Below are positions 22,026-34,229 of a stretch of DNA of 41,419 nucleotides, piece by piece. A program made the position numbers and the translations under genes. A model generated the notes under the pieces. The model was not told where the DNA came from and did no database searches. It worked only from the letters and a program-made list of their open reading frames with translations. Position 1 is the first letter of the stretch. Each line of letters begins with the position of its first letter. The DNA comes from Nemertoderma westbladi (lineage: Eukaryota; Animalia; Xenacoelomorpha): positions 1-41,419 of the forward strand of contig JAUCBJ010002347.1 of assembly GCA_032718475.1 (NCBI GenBank). Direction: 5' to 3'.

Positions 22026-23887
22026 GGGGTAGACGACTCGGAAATTTTTTTTCGAGTTTTCGTTGGTTTCATGTGAAAGATCATGTGAAATAACCCCAGA
22101 GAGCAATTTTACTTAAAAAAAATAAATATTGGCCGAGTTATAGCGATTTTAAAACGCAAAATTAGCAACATCGAAAAATCAGGCCATTTCAGAAAACTGC
22201 ACTAGTGACGTCACTAGTGCAGCAGTAAATGTTCATTTGTTACTATACAATATAAATCTCTTAGTAACTAAAATAAATTGTGTAGCTAATATTTATTTAG
22301 TGTGTTTTTGTGTTGTGTTAAGAATACATTATTTGATATCTTAATGTGGAAATTGATTCATGACAAGTTAATTATTCCAGAATAATAATTATTTTTCCCA
22401 AACTATACAGTTGTTAGCTATACAAATAAAATATATTTGTAGCTAAAACTGCCAGGTGATAGAAATCCAGTAGCTTATTGATGTTTCATTAAGCTTCAAA
22501 ACTTAGATTACTTTGGATTAGATTGTGGATTCGCACTTTTTCGATTGTAATTATTTTTATACAAGTTAAATTATTGAATTCCAATTGATAGTTGATAGTT
22601 AGTCCATGTAGCTGTAATGGATGACGTAGTAAAAATATCTTCAGCTGCCATCTCAATACAATCAGCATTAATCAGAATTTAGTTGAACTATAACTACTGT
22701 ATAATTTACATTTTTTAATTATCTATTTTTTCACAATTTTGGGAAATATATATTTCTTCCAGAAGCTTCGACTACTTTTCAGTAAACTTTGCATGTATAT
22801 GGAATCATATGATACTTCAACTATTTTCACTTCGCCATTTATTTCAAAAGATGGATCTGTGACGCTAAACAAGGCCCATTGTTTATTGCAAAGATGCATT
22901 TGAAGTTGGATTTGTGACATGAATTTAGCGCTTACGATATTCGATTATGTAAGATAAGATTTTTGAATGGCATGTTTTGATGTTGGACATTTTACTTCTA
23001 CCACTTGCGTTGGTGTAATGGCATCTGAAATGGCATCAAAAAAATAAGATTTTGTGGTATTTTATAAAAACACTGGCTACAATATTAAAACAGTACATAC
23101 CATTGAAAACACTAGCTACCACAAACATTTGTTTTTATTTTCTTTAAAACATTTTTTTTTCACATGTAACTAGCCAAAATATGTCAAGAACATAAACCTA
23201 TAGCCCAAAACATTATGTTTTGGTATTTTTTGGTATTTTTATATTTTTGAATGTCAAACCAAAAACAGCTATTATGAAAGGCAGAATAATGGTGACACGT
23301 GCAACACTAGTACCAGTAACACTTTACAGTGAACTGTACAAAAATCTAAATAATTTCCATCTAGTGCTAATCTACCCATCCCGCATTGTTCGCTGTAAAA
23401 ACAATTTAAAAATAGATTATTGAAAGGCCTGGCAGTATTTAGCTAGCTATATTTATTTTTAGCTACATACAGCTCTACGATACAGGTATGGGCGAAATCA
23501 ATATTATTATAGAATAATTAACTTGATATGAATAATTTGCCTCCATACCGCTATCCTATAATCGATTCTTAACACAACACAAATACACATCCAAATAAAT
23601 ACATAGCTACATTTATTATTTGTTTTATTTTAGATACTGCAATATTATACTCTATATTAGCCAATCAACTGCGCTTGACAACTGTTGCTGTGTTATGGCT
23701 GACGTCACTCGTGCAGTTTTCTGAAACGGCCCGATTTTTCGATGTTGCTAATTTTGCGTTTTAAAATTGCTATAACTTGGCAAATATTAATTTTTTTGAA
23801 GTAAAATTGCTCTCTGGGGTTTTTTCACATGCTCTTTCACATGAAACCAAAGAAAACTCGAAAAAAAATTTCCGAGTCGTCTACCCC
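22026..23887. mobile_element. Internally deleted ISL2EU (PHIS superfamily) DNA transposon inside the provirus
   Basis: ~188-bp TIRs GGGGTAGACGACTCGG.. / ..CCGAGTCGTCTACCCC, with an AT TSD in the palindromic target ACAATTGT. It retains a + strand transposase C-terminus (MDDVVKISSAAISIQSALIRI*, ending at 22682) convergent with a YqaJ fragment. Confidence 0.85.
22723..23040 (-). pseudogene. YqaJ-like (lambda exonuclease, PD-(D/E)XK) C-terminal fragment
   Basis: ISDAITPTQVVEVKCP ... SQIQLQM..ALFSVTDPSFE..YD..FWKKYIFP. Confidence 0.8.
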
Positions 23888-23899
23888 ATTGTGAGTGCA

Positions 23900-26830
23900 T
23901 TTATTATAGTGTATAATAACTGTTTTGTCCAATCAAATCCATAATACTTTGGAGGGTGAATAACTCTCCCAGCTCTAGTGCTAATGTGTTGATTAACAAG
24001 TCCGTTACTCAAGTCATCACTATGGACAGTTTCTGATTCTGATGTTGAAGTATTATGATGATCGATGGTTTGGTGGCATTTTCCATTGGAATAATGTATT
24101 TCTTTGGCATCAATATTAGGACAGGTTTTTATCAAGTGAACATTTACAGTTTTTAATTTTCTTTTCTTGTTAATATGCTTTATGATGTATGTAGTTGGGT
24201 TTTTTATGTCAATTACAGACCAACCTGCCTCCCATGGTGTATATCACTTAGCAGTTCTTTGATCTCGACGAAGTGCTAATGGGTCTCCTATCTCCAATAC
24301 ACGAGTTAAGTTCGCATTTGGTTGTGGGTCATGTTTTGACAATTGCATTTCTAAATAGTCCAATAGTTCAGCGGCGTTTTGGAGTCGATATCCTATCCAG
24401 GTGCTAGGACTATATCCTTTTGAATTTGTCCAATGTATAGTTCCTATTTCCCAACCACAGAAAGAACGCATTGGGGTAATACCTGTCGTTGATGTGGGGC
24501 GATTTCGATAATAATGTAGGATCCATGCAATGTCTTTTTTAGTAATAATATCTCTATCAGCTAATGTTTTGCGTAAAATGGTTAAAAAAGTTCGATGATA
24601 TCGCTCTACTTATCCTTGACTCCAGGGATTTCTTATTGCACCATGCTGTACTTCTATATTAAATACTTTCCACTAAACCACTAGTGAACTCACTACCTGA
24701 ATCAGAATGGATTTCTTCTGGCGCTCCCCATAATAAACATTTATCAACAAATGCGTCACCAATATCATTATCTTTCATTGAATTTATCAACTCTATTTCT
24801 GCCCATTTAGTTAACGGATCAAATAATACCATTAAGGGTTGGCTTTTCACTTTAAGTGTGTCTGCAAAAATTATTTGCTGATCAGCTATGACAGTTCTTT
24901 CTGCTGGACAACTACTTTTCGGAGTTGTAGTATTTGCTAAGGAGCACTTCAGGAACTTTGAAACATATTCATGACATTTCGATGTTATTAATGGGAAGAA
25001 ACACAATCTCCGCAAATAATTCCTCATAATATTGGTACAAGCATGTCCAGTTTTTAGATGAGCCTTATGTATAATTTTTGGAATAATTGGTACAACAATA
25101 GTATCATTGGGTGGAACCTTTATTTCTCTCATAAGCAGGTCAGTTGATGTATTTAAATATATTTGAGTTTTTATGTTTTTAAAAACATCATTGTATATCA
25201 TGGATGTCCAATCTTTTGTCAAGACAGCTTTTCGAACTTGCATTATTTCACTGTCTTTCAACTGAGAGTTTAAAACATCTTTAATGTTTATGCCCAGTAT
25301 TTCTTGTGGTATGAAAGCAGCTGCACATATGGCAGTTATCGAAGAATTATGTCCTCTCATAATTGCTTTCTATTTATCTGGTACACGAGTAAGTTTGTCA
25401 GCAATATTCATGTTAGATGGTACAAATATTATTGTAATATTTAAATTATGATAATCTACAATCTCTTCAATTATTTGTAGTCTTCTCATTACTAATATTT
25501 CAGACTGACTACTGACTTTCACTCGCTTAATATTGTTTAATATATGATTTAACCATTTACAAACAGTAGCTGAATCTGAATGAATAACAATATTCTTTGT
25601 TAAAAGGTGCCATTTCACTGTCATATTGAGACCATCAATCACAGAATCTAATTCAGCAATATTGATATGCATCTTGTCTCTAACTTTACGTAACCATGCC
25701 CCATCTTCCACTATTATATTGTCGATTTCTATGACTGCTGATCTCGCAATATCACTGGCATCTACCCATAAATCAACTTTAGAATTAGACGTCTCTTCTA
25801 TAGACCATTTGACAGGATCATCATTTTAAAATAGTGCAGATAGTTCTTCAGCTAATATCTTTACTGGTTCATCAACTTCCTTGCCCAAGGTCCATCAGAA
25901 CATTGTCGTTTTAGCCAGCTGGTATATATTCTTAAATATCCAACAATTGGGAAGTGTCCTACTATACACCCACACCATGAAAATAATTCTCTTTTTGTTA
26001 AGGGGCAAGGGATGTTCAATGTATTTTTACACTTTCTTTTCCACATCAAAACACCATTTTGGTTATCATATACATCAATCCCAAGTAATGACATTTCACT
26101 GGGCCCAACAGGTTTTTTTGTTGGTAAGCAAAATTTAGATAGCCAGTGTTGAAAAGTCAGAATAGCCAGTGACTTTGTTTTCATCAATATAAATATCATC
26201 TACGTATTTATTTACTTCATCTGTCTTGAATCCTGCGACATCAAAAATGAATGACACTATGGCATTTAAAACTTTGTGTGCATTTTCAAAACCAAATCCC
26301 ATTCTATTCATTATATATAGAGACTCTTTCCATAGCATACCTTGATACAAACAATGTTCTTTATTGACGTGTATCTATAAATATGCTTTGGAAATGTCTA
26401 ATATTCTAGTATTTGTGCCCATCTTGCGCCAACATCGTATAGTTTCGCTACAAATATCAACTTGTCTCCCTGGCTCAGTTTGAATTAATTTATTGAGAAG
26501 TGTGTAATCTAGCACTGGCCTAACAGGAGTTGACTCTTTATGTTCATGAATTACAGGTATAATGGGTAACAAGCCCTTACGTTCACCATGTTTAACTATG
26601 TTGTGTTTCTCTAACCATCCATTGGATATCCATTTCTCAATTTCAAAATCTAACATTTCCTTATTCCTATCACTGATTGACTTATCATAATCTCCTATAC
26701 CAGATCCAACATTTCTATGTGGTAGAACATTATCTGTCCATTTCCATGTGAGCTCCCAAATTCTCTCACATTCCTTCCATCTCAATACAAATTCTTTATC
26801 TATTAAGTCAATATCACCATTACTATGTTT
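23900..26830 (-). pseudogene. pol: Gypsy pol: RT, RNase H and integrase (frameshifted)
   Basis: RT: VRPVLDYTLLN, LDISKAYL, RMGFG, YVDDI. RNase H: WVDAS, HINIAELD, HSDS, NIADKLTR. Integrase: H..GH..C..C, FADTL, HSDSGSEF, VERYHRT. Confidence 0.92.
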
Positions 26831-26944
26831 GTTTACTGATATAAATTTCCATAATTTTATTTTATTTTATTCTTTACACCAGACCATATTATTATTATAC
26901 ATGGGGTGCACAATATAACTGATCCATATCCTAATTAGCCTACT

Positions 26945-29540
26945 ATTATTGTTATTATATTAAGCACAATTAAAGTCCTAAGCCCTATTAAGTACTGTAG
27001 CTACATATTAATGTATTATGAAACCGATAGTAATTAGCAAACAAATTGACTACGATGAATTCTAGATGATTCTCGAGTACACATATAAACTGTGGAAACA
27101 ATTTTATTACTAGATACCTTAATTCTATTATATAAGCTCTGCACTGAACGATAGCGTAAGTGAATAAAACATGGCATATTTGAAGTACCGAAAAATAAGG
27201 ACATACTGGAACGGAACGGAAGCTTAAAAAATATACGTGCAGCCGAATTATAGGCCACTCTGACACGGTTATACACAGACTCTGAATAGTTCAATGGTGA
27301 CCACAGAGCATTGCAATACAAAGGAGTTACATATGCCCTAAATAGAGTAACTTTTACTGCATTACTACAATTATAAAATTTTCTACACAAAGTGTTTGCA
27401 CGAGCATATAAACCTCTAGTAATATTCTTGATGTCGAAATCGTCATCACGACTTACATGTATTAAATGCCCCAAATATACATATTTTTCTACTCTAGAAA
27501 GTATAGCTCCACATAAATACATAGGCGCCATAGAGAACAAATTACTGAACCGTGGGTTAAAAAACATAACTTTAGATTTCTTTAAGTTAAATAATATCCT
27601 ATGGCTAATTGCATAATCAGAACAAGTATTTATCAGACGTTGTAAACCTACTGCAGAATTAGAGATCAAACAAATATCGTCTGCGTATATAAGATGATTT
27701 ATTCTACAACCATCGAGCATACAGCCTACATTAGCACAAAGTAAACTATTTGATAGATCATCCATATAAACATTGAACAGATAAGGGCTCAAAATACCAC
27801 CCTGTTTTAAATAGGAACTAGTAAACAATGAATCATCCCTTCCGGAATAAATCCATGTACAGTAATTGCACTCAATAAAATCGACAAAAGGACATTCAAA
27901 AGATCACTTTTACCATATATAAAATGTTCGGCAGTAATACCGTCATGTCCAGCTGCCTTCCCTAATTTTAAATTTGATATTGCACATCCTACTTCATCGG
28001 GACTAATTATCATATCAGGAGTGAATGAAATATTGGAGATACGATCGTCTACACTACGTACTGTAAACTCAGTAGCTGCACCGGCATTACAATTAAACAG
28101 TTCAGAATAGACACCTTTAAACATATTACAAATATTAGGCGCACCAATTTCTTTACTTACTACATTTGGTAAAGGTACATTTATATTACTATGTTTATGT
28201 ATGTTTTTCCAAAAACTCCTACTATCATCGCGGAGATGCGCAGATGCTAACTTATCCGCTCTCGTAGCTGCTTCATTACGTTTACAGGTACGGAGTGCAC
28301 GTTTAAAATTAGCTTTGGTTGAAAGGTATTTGCGATGTAGCTCACCCTGGCGAGGAGAGCCGGCATCCCTCCATTGTTTAAAAAATGAGTGCGAGATTTC
28401 ATACGCATCTTTAACCGAATCATTCCATCCCGGAATGTTGCGGTTTATTCCAGAATCTGAAACAGATGCGCATGGTATCGAGCAATTCGCTGAGTCACGC
28501 AAAGCCGACTCAATACTAACCCAAAGTTCTGTTATGCATTCAGAGTGATTAGTGGTTCTACACTTAGTATTAATACAATTTATTTCCTCGGGTATTGTGA
28601 TACAACTCAAGGCGTTATATAATGCATTGTTATATTTGACAAAATCAGATACACTTGCTTTATCCCATATCAGACTATCTGTTTTGGACGTAGAGTTCAA
28701 AATGTTACTGATACACGTTAACATAGGTTCTACATCAATTACAAATGTTAATGGCATATGATCAGTAACAGTTACATCGTAATTAACAGCAATATTCCTA
28801 ACAATTGAATTACAACTCATGCTTCCAACTACGTGGTCTAGCCACGATGTTGTGCCAAAAGTGGCGCTAACAAATGTAAATGTGTCATGCGGTAAACACT
28901 GAGCGTCAAAAATATTTACACCAGTTTCATTGCACCAGTCAAGTAATTCTGCATAAAATGATTTACCGGGTGAGGCATTGAAATCACCTACAATGAAGCA
29001 CTTAGACGTCGGTGCTGACTCAATTAATGAGTGCAACTTCCCTAGATACTGTAAATAACAATCTAGATTATCATCCGACTGATATGGGAGATATACATTA
29101 ATAACATATATTTTTGTCCCATCGTTGCACGTTATATAAAAATGCATGATTCTATGGTCATCAGAGGGCAAACGTTCAATAGCCAGTATAAATTCTTGGT
29201 GGACTAAAATCGCTAGGCCCCCATAAGGACGACCTTTGAGTATCTGGTTAGACAAATCAACTGGTGATGAACTATATGGAACAAACTCACTATGTATAGT
29301 TGAGAGAAAACCTAGCTCCTACTTTGGGAGCATATGTTCCTGTAACAATACAATGTCCGAATTGTCACACAAATCATGCACAACCTTTAATGATTCTACA
29401 GTTCGAATTGAGTTACAATTGTACGATGTAATGCGAATGGAATTAATTTTCGAGTCGGTAGCCATAATTAATTAGTGATAAAAATATTATATATTGTACA
29501 AATATATATATATATCTATTGTAATTATTCGTTCAAGATA
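26945..29540 (-). mobile_element. Non-LTR retrotransposon (APE endonuclease + RT, RTE-X-like) inserted in Gypsy pol, with an internal RT deletion
   Basis: ATG at 29465: MATDSK..SYNCNS..LQEH, one stop, then GRPYGG, VYLP, GDFNA, WLDH, TDH and KAAGHDG. The RT C-terminal half has KQGGILSP and YADD. A (TAA)-like tail lies near 26945-26960. Ends are approximate and the clade call is tentative. Confidence 0.9.
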
Positions 29541-30039
29541 GCTATGTATCACTCCAGTTAACATTTGACAACTGTGTATTTTGAGTTGCTAACTCCAAAT
29601 TCTCATTCTGAGTTGGCGGCACAGAACTTGAATCCATTGTGCTATTCACATTCGCATCAGGAAGCGTATCATTTATGACAGTTGCCGATACATCATCTGC
29701 AACTGGAACAGTGTTGTCTATTATTTCCCGTTGTTTACGCATATAAGCGCTGAAATTTTTTAGGAATTACATTTTGTTCAGCCAGTGGTACATTGTGGTA
29801 TGACTCAAGAGGAACCCATTCGGATGCATTTACATTTAAATCCGACTTTAGTGGTAACTTTGTTGTTGAATAGTTATTTGATACCTGACTTTGTATATTA
29901 TTTGTATCATTACATGATTCACTCACGCCTACTGAACATAATAATGTTGGATTGGAACTGGAACATTCAGATTTAAGTATTTGATTACAGCCAATTTGTA
30001 ACATGATAATCTTAACACTATTATCTGGGTCATGTTATT

Positions 30040-30340
30040 TGAATGCCGCCAATTTTCTTTATAGAATTTATTCCTAGTAATATGTCGACTCCAAAAATAT
30101 AATTCCCTTTAATTACTTTTAAATCTAATGATATAGGCGACATAAGACCTGGTGCCCAGTTCACAATGCATGATATTTTACCTAAAATTGGTAATCCATT
30201 AGCTCTAGAGTAAGTAATGATTCACTATATGGTGTATAATCATATGAATAACTCCGTAAAAACTCAGTTGTTACAAGTGATTCTGTACAAAATGTATCAA
30301 AACTAGTTTTTATAAGATTTCTATTTATACCATTAAAAAT
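30040..30340 (-). pseudogene. Degenerate Gypsy aspartic protease
   Basis: SFDTFCTESLV (a decayed DTG motif) and VDILLGINSI lie directly downstream of gag. Confidence 0.6.
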
Positions 30341-30372
30341 AAACTCACAGTTTGCAATTGGAAGATAAGGGT

Positions 30373-31342
30373 TTAACGGGGGACATGAGGCGAGTAAGGA
30401 TGTTGCGCAGATGCCCCCCGCCGTTCGTTTCCCGAATTATATTTAAGATGTGTTGGGCAATCTTTAATAACATGACTCCAGCCTCCGCAGGCATAACAAT
30501 TATTTGACCCATTTCCTCTTCCAACATTATATCCATTGTTTGGATTTCTGACATTCATACAATGTCGCTGTAAATGACCGACTTGTCCACATCACCAACA
30601 CATATGTTTATTATTAGATGACTGAAAATTCCCATAATTACCAGCATTGGAACTGTATGTAGACATGCAAGCAGTAGGAATAAATCGTTGGTTTCTCATG
30701 TATGGATCTCTACTAAATGGGCCAGCCATTGCTCCGGCTACACCATGACTGCCAAAATTATCATCCATTGCAGCTGCAATGTTACGCGCCCGGACCACTA
30801 ACTCTGATATTGGAATCTGCATTGCACCTAATCCATCTGCTGCTGTCATTTGTATAATTTGAATTGACACTTCATGGGGTAATCCAGCTATAAATTGATT
30901 ACGAAGTATTTCTTCATTTCCTTCATCACCACACAACTTTAACAGTTTTTGTAATTCTGCAAGGAATGCATGTTAGGATTCTCCTGGAAGAATACTACGT
31001 GATTTAAATATGTTATAAGCCTGGTGCCGGGTAATGGAAAATGCATCACTCAAGTGGTCTTTCACTTTTTTCCAGTCGCGTTTGTCATCTGGGTTAATTT
31101 GTTTATAAACAGTAAATGCACTTTGCTTTAAAAACATCGGCACATAAAATGCGGTTGTATTGATTGCCCCATGCATATAATTCGCTTATAACCTCAAATC
31201 GTTCTGCCCATTCATTGAAATCTTGTCCATCTAATCCTGTAAATTTTTCTAAAACACCATCTAATTTTAAGCTACAATTTCCCAGTTTTGATTGAGCAAT
31301 TTCATTCGGGTCCCTAATATGATCAGCTTCACTATCAGACAT
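30373..31342 (-). pseudogene. gag: Gypsy gag (frameshifted) with two CCHC zinc knuckles
   Basis: KFTGLDGQDFNEWAERFE, GES and NQFIAGLP, then CW*CGQVGHLQRHC and CYACGGWSHVIKDC. Confidence 0.88.
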
Positions 31343-31462
31343 TATATTACTTTATTGTAATTCAGTAATTTATTGCTGAATTGCAGTTGTCACTATGTCG
31401 AAATTATATTCCAGTAGGCCTACCAGTATTAACAGCACTTTATAATATACGCGGTGATAGCT

Positions 31463-31764
31463 TGTAATATTAACAACTTGGAATTCATATAAACAGTTCT
31501 CTATTTCCAATTTCTAATTCAAACAACCAGATACATATAATAATCAATTTATTACAGAATCGAATCTCAATAGAACATAACAACAATCCGTTAACACAGT
31601 ACAACACTTTATCCGGTACCGGTCCTATACCTAATCTCCCAGTTCCCTTTCCTACCGTCCTACCGTACCGGTCTCCCCCTCTTCTCTCTCTTCAAACTTC
31701 CCGCCAACACTTCTCCCCCACTCTCTTACATATTGACACAATTGTAACAAATCATTACATTACA
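31463..31764 (-). repeat. 5' LTR (302 bp)
   Basis: Direct repeat of 21706-22011, followed by the ACAT TSD. Confidence 0.95.
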
Positions 31765-31865
31765 ACATGGTGTATAAACTAAAGTTACAGCAGTTAAGAG
31801 TGTGAGTTGTGTGTGCCATATGAAAAAGTAGTGATTTCTAATAGTTAAAAGTAACAGTTGTAAAT

Positions 31866-32715
31866 TCAAGAAAAGTATTGATTAACAACCAGGTTCCTAT
31901 AAACTGCCCAGATAGGGGGGGGGGGGGGGGGGGGGGGGGACTGTACGCAATAAAAATTCATCCCTCTCCAGGGGAAATTGGACGCAAATAATAGCTGATT
32001 ACTCTCAAAAATGAAACTGTAACCTGTTCTATTGTGTTTAGTTTATTGTTATGGTTAAAATAACATGCCACTGTAACCTGCTCCTTTCCCTAAATTGAGA
32101 ATTTAACATTGAGGCGGGATATTAATTCGCCAAGGCGGGTTTTGCGTCCAGTTTCCCCCTGTCCCAAACTCCCCCATTGGATAAATCACTATGGTAGGTT
32201 TCGCATCCGACAGCAACATTATCTACGATCCCATCTCCTTACAAATTACCTAGTCCCCTCTCAATTGCAATATTTCTCAACATGAAGCAAACTCCAATCA
32301 CTGCTGGCGCTTTACCAACCAGCATTCTAATTCCATTGGCGTTTAGTTTTACCAAAACACTGCTCGACCACCACTCTAGTTTTCGCATGAGCAGAATTAT
32401 ATATCTTCTGTGCGTCAGTTGTTGGATGGGGTATCGGCATCATTAGCCATGACTTCATCGGATGACCGCTGTCTCCGAGAATGAGTCTTCATTCGACAGA
32501 AAAAGTCTTCTTCGGCTGACCATGGTGATGATATTGTCTCGAATTAAGTCTGTGACAAATTCAATACCTGCCTTATCAAACCGGAATAGTTCCTTTAGTT
32601 TGCTGTCCAATCTATCTCAAGGAAATAATTCATAGGGGTGCTCAACAAGGTTATATATTCGTTTGGTATGTAGATTATTATTATTTGTCTCATTTAAATC
32701 CATAAAAGCTGCCAT
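31866..32715 (-). pseudogene. PIF/Harbinger nuclease (HARBI1-like, DDE_Tnp_4), internally deleted
   Basis: KELFRFDKAGIEFVTDLI, then ILGDSGHPMKSWLMMP..YNSAHAKTRVVVEQCFG..MLRNIA and a C-terminal YRNLVVNQYFS*. Confidence 0.85.
31915..32175. mobile_element. Small MITE inserted in the Harbinger nuclease C-terminus
   Basis: G-run and C-run termini, with an inner inverted repeat GGGGAAATTGGACGCAAA / TTTGCGTCCAGTTTCCCC. It interrupts the nuclease tail, and the TSD is ambiguous. Confidence 0.65.
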
Positions 32716-32739
32716 TATTTTTAATAAATTCGCCAAACT

Positions 32740-32892
32740 AGCTAGTTAGCCTTCTACTGAGCTTGCTAAGCAAAACAAGCACGAACTCTAGTTCAAACTA
32801 TACTGTCAGTGACTGAGCATACGAACTAGTTCAAACTACCATAGTATGAAGTATGTACTACCCTAGTACGAACTAAGCTAAGCATACGGCCC
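32740..32892. mobile_element. Probable Harbinger terminus (TIR GGGCCGTATGC on the minus strand) with subterminal repeats
   Basis: Ends ..AGCATACGGCCC|CAG with repeated CGAACT..AGTTCAAACTA. Unrelated coding sequence starts abruptly afterwards. The partner TIR was not found. Confidence 0.6.
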
Positions 32893-33117
32893 CAGGTTTT
32901 CAGGTAGGTGTTGTTGGTGAGAATATGGGTGTGAACCTTTCTACAGTTTGTAGAAAGTTTCATTTTACTATTGCTAAAATAGTGGAAAAGAAACATCAAT
33001 GGATTAAGTTGCCTGTCACAGACCATGGCATATTGATGTCTAGGAAGCAGTGGCAATGTAAATTTAATTTTCCACATTGCAATGGTTGTGTAGATGGGAT
33101 ACACATTCCCATAGAAA
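32893..33117 (+). pseudogene. Fragment of a second, different Harbinger nuclease
   Basis: PGFQVG..GENMGVNLSTV..WIKLP..FNFPHCNGCVDGIHIPI covers the HTH and the first catalytic Asp. Confidence 0.8.
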
Positions 33118-33889
33118 ACCTCCAAATAGATACTAAAGTTGCACCAATAAAAGCAGAATACGTTTTGCGAGAGGGAGGGATAGCCTATTACCAATTAAAC
33201 AACAAATAGCCCATTGCTCAAAACCAATTCCAACACATTATTTTATTTTTTAATGCGTTAGTACTGATTGTGCCATAAAATGACTTTGGTCAAGAGTGCA
33301 TGCATGAGCAAGCCTCATGTGAATACGACCTTCAAAGAGAAACTGGGTTTTGGGCTCACCTGCTGGGCATGTGTGGTGTTCAGCAAACCATGGCCAAATA
33401 TTACACTGGTCTGCTGTCTACTAATCAACTTCATTAAGCTATCAAAGAGCACTGAGCAGATCTCAACTATCATGAGAAGTACTGTCGAGCACCACTCATG
33501 GATATTGCCAATTAATGGTGTTGCATTCAGCAGTCACCAAGATGATTGCAATAGCATTTATGTTAACAACTCATCTCTAATTCCACTTTCAAGAGTATGA
33601 AAACCTGTATCTGAATCGGAATCTAACAAATTAATTACTGGTGTCGGAATTAAACTGGGAGTAGTTTTAATATTATCTTTACATGTAGAATAATGCGTTA
33701 ATAAACTAATTTATACAATCAGAGGTAGAGGTTTCGTTATTGGTGACGTCACACTCGGCGCCATTGGCAGTATCGGTAGTGTAGTCATTGTAAGAAGACA
33801 CAAAGAACTTGTAATCCGTGCCTATTTCATTGCGGTATCGATAAAATTGGAATACATCACCAGAACACGGTAAGCTGGATGCTATAGTT

Positions 33890-34202
33890 ATGGACCCTCA
33901 CGGAAACGAGGTGAAACCTCATGAGGCAATCCACACGTCACTACATACGCTATCCTTCTTGTTTTTACAGTACATTACATTAATTATATTTTACCTATGC
34001 TTGTGATGATGAGACCCATTGTTTTAAAACTAATGCAATTGTGCAACATCTCTCATGTTACCGTGCCATAGTACACTACTATGCATAGTCTGATAGTTAT
34101 ATAATATTCATTGTTGTTTCTCATCGTTGTTTCGCTTTACATTGCGATTTTATCTGTTTAGTGCATATAATTTGTTGTTGACTTCAAAAAATCAAATCAA
34201 AT
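33890..34202 (+). mobile_element. LINE 3'UTR remnant with a stem-loop and (AAATC)n tail
   Basis: The GGACCCTCACGGAAACGAGGTGAAACCTCATGAGGCAATCC hairpin is followed by T-rich UTR and an AAATCAAATCAAAT end. Confidence 0.55.
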
Positions 34203-34229
34203 AGTTTTATCAGCAAACAGCAGAACTAG

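Larger units (their letters stand above)
21706..31764 (-). mobile_element. Full-length, defective Ty3/Gypsy LTR retrotransposon
   Basis: TG..CA LTRs at 21706-22011 and 31463-31764, with a 4-bp TSD ACAT (21702-21705 and 31765-31768). The PPT AGGGGGAGA is at 22012-22020 on the minus strand. Gene order is gag-PR-RT-RH-IN. Confidence 0.95.

Noticed and set aside
22020-23893. Transib/RAG-like element (CACAATG-type ends)
   Set aside because: There is no 5-bp TSD and the left end lacks the first C. The AT TSD, YqaJ fragment and DDE_Tnp_4 tail fit ISL2EU.
27392-29475. Plus-strand ORFs 27392-27616, 28201-28548, 28552-28761 and 29236-29475
   Set aside because: They are antisense shadows of the LINE ORF.
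21706-31764. Endogenous retrovirus with env
   Set aside because: The extra length is explained by the ISL2EU and LINE insertions, and there is no env-like ORF between integrase and the PPT.
33268-33600. 110-aa ORF as a host gene
   Set aside because: It has no recognisable motif or splice support and starts at a non-ATG codon.
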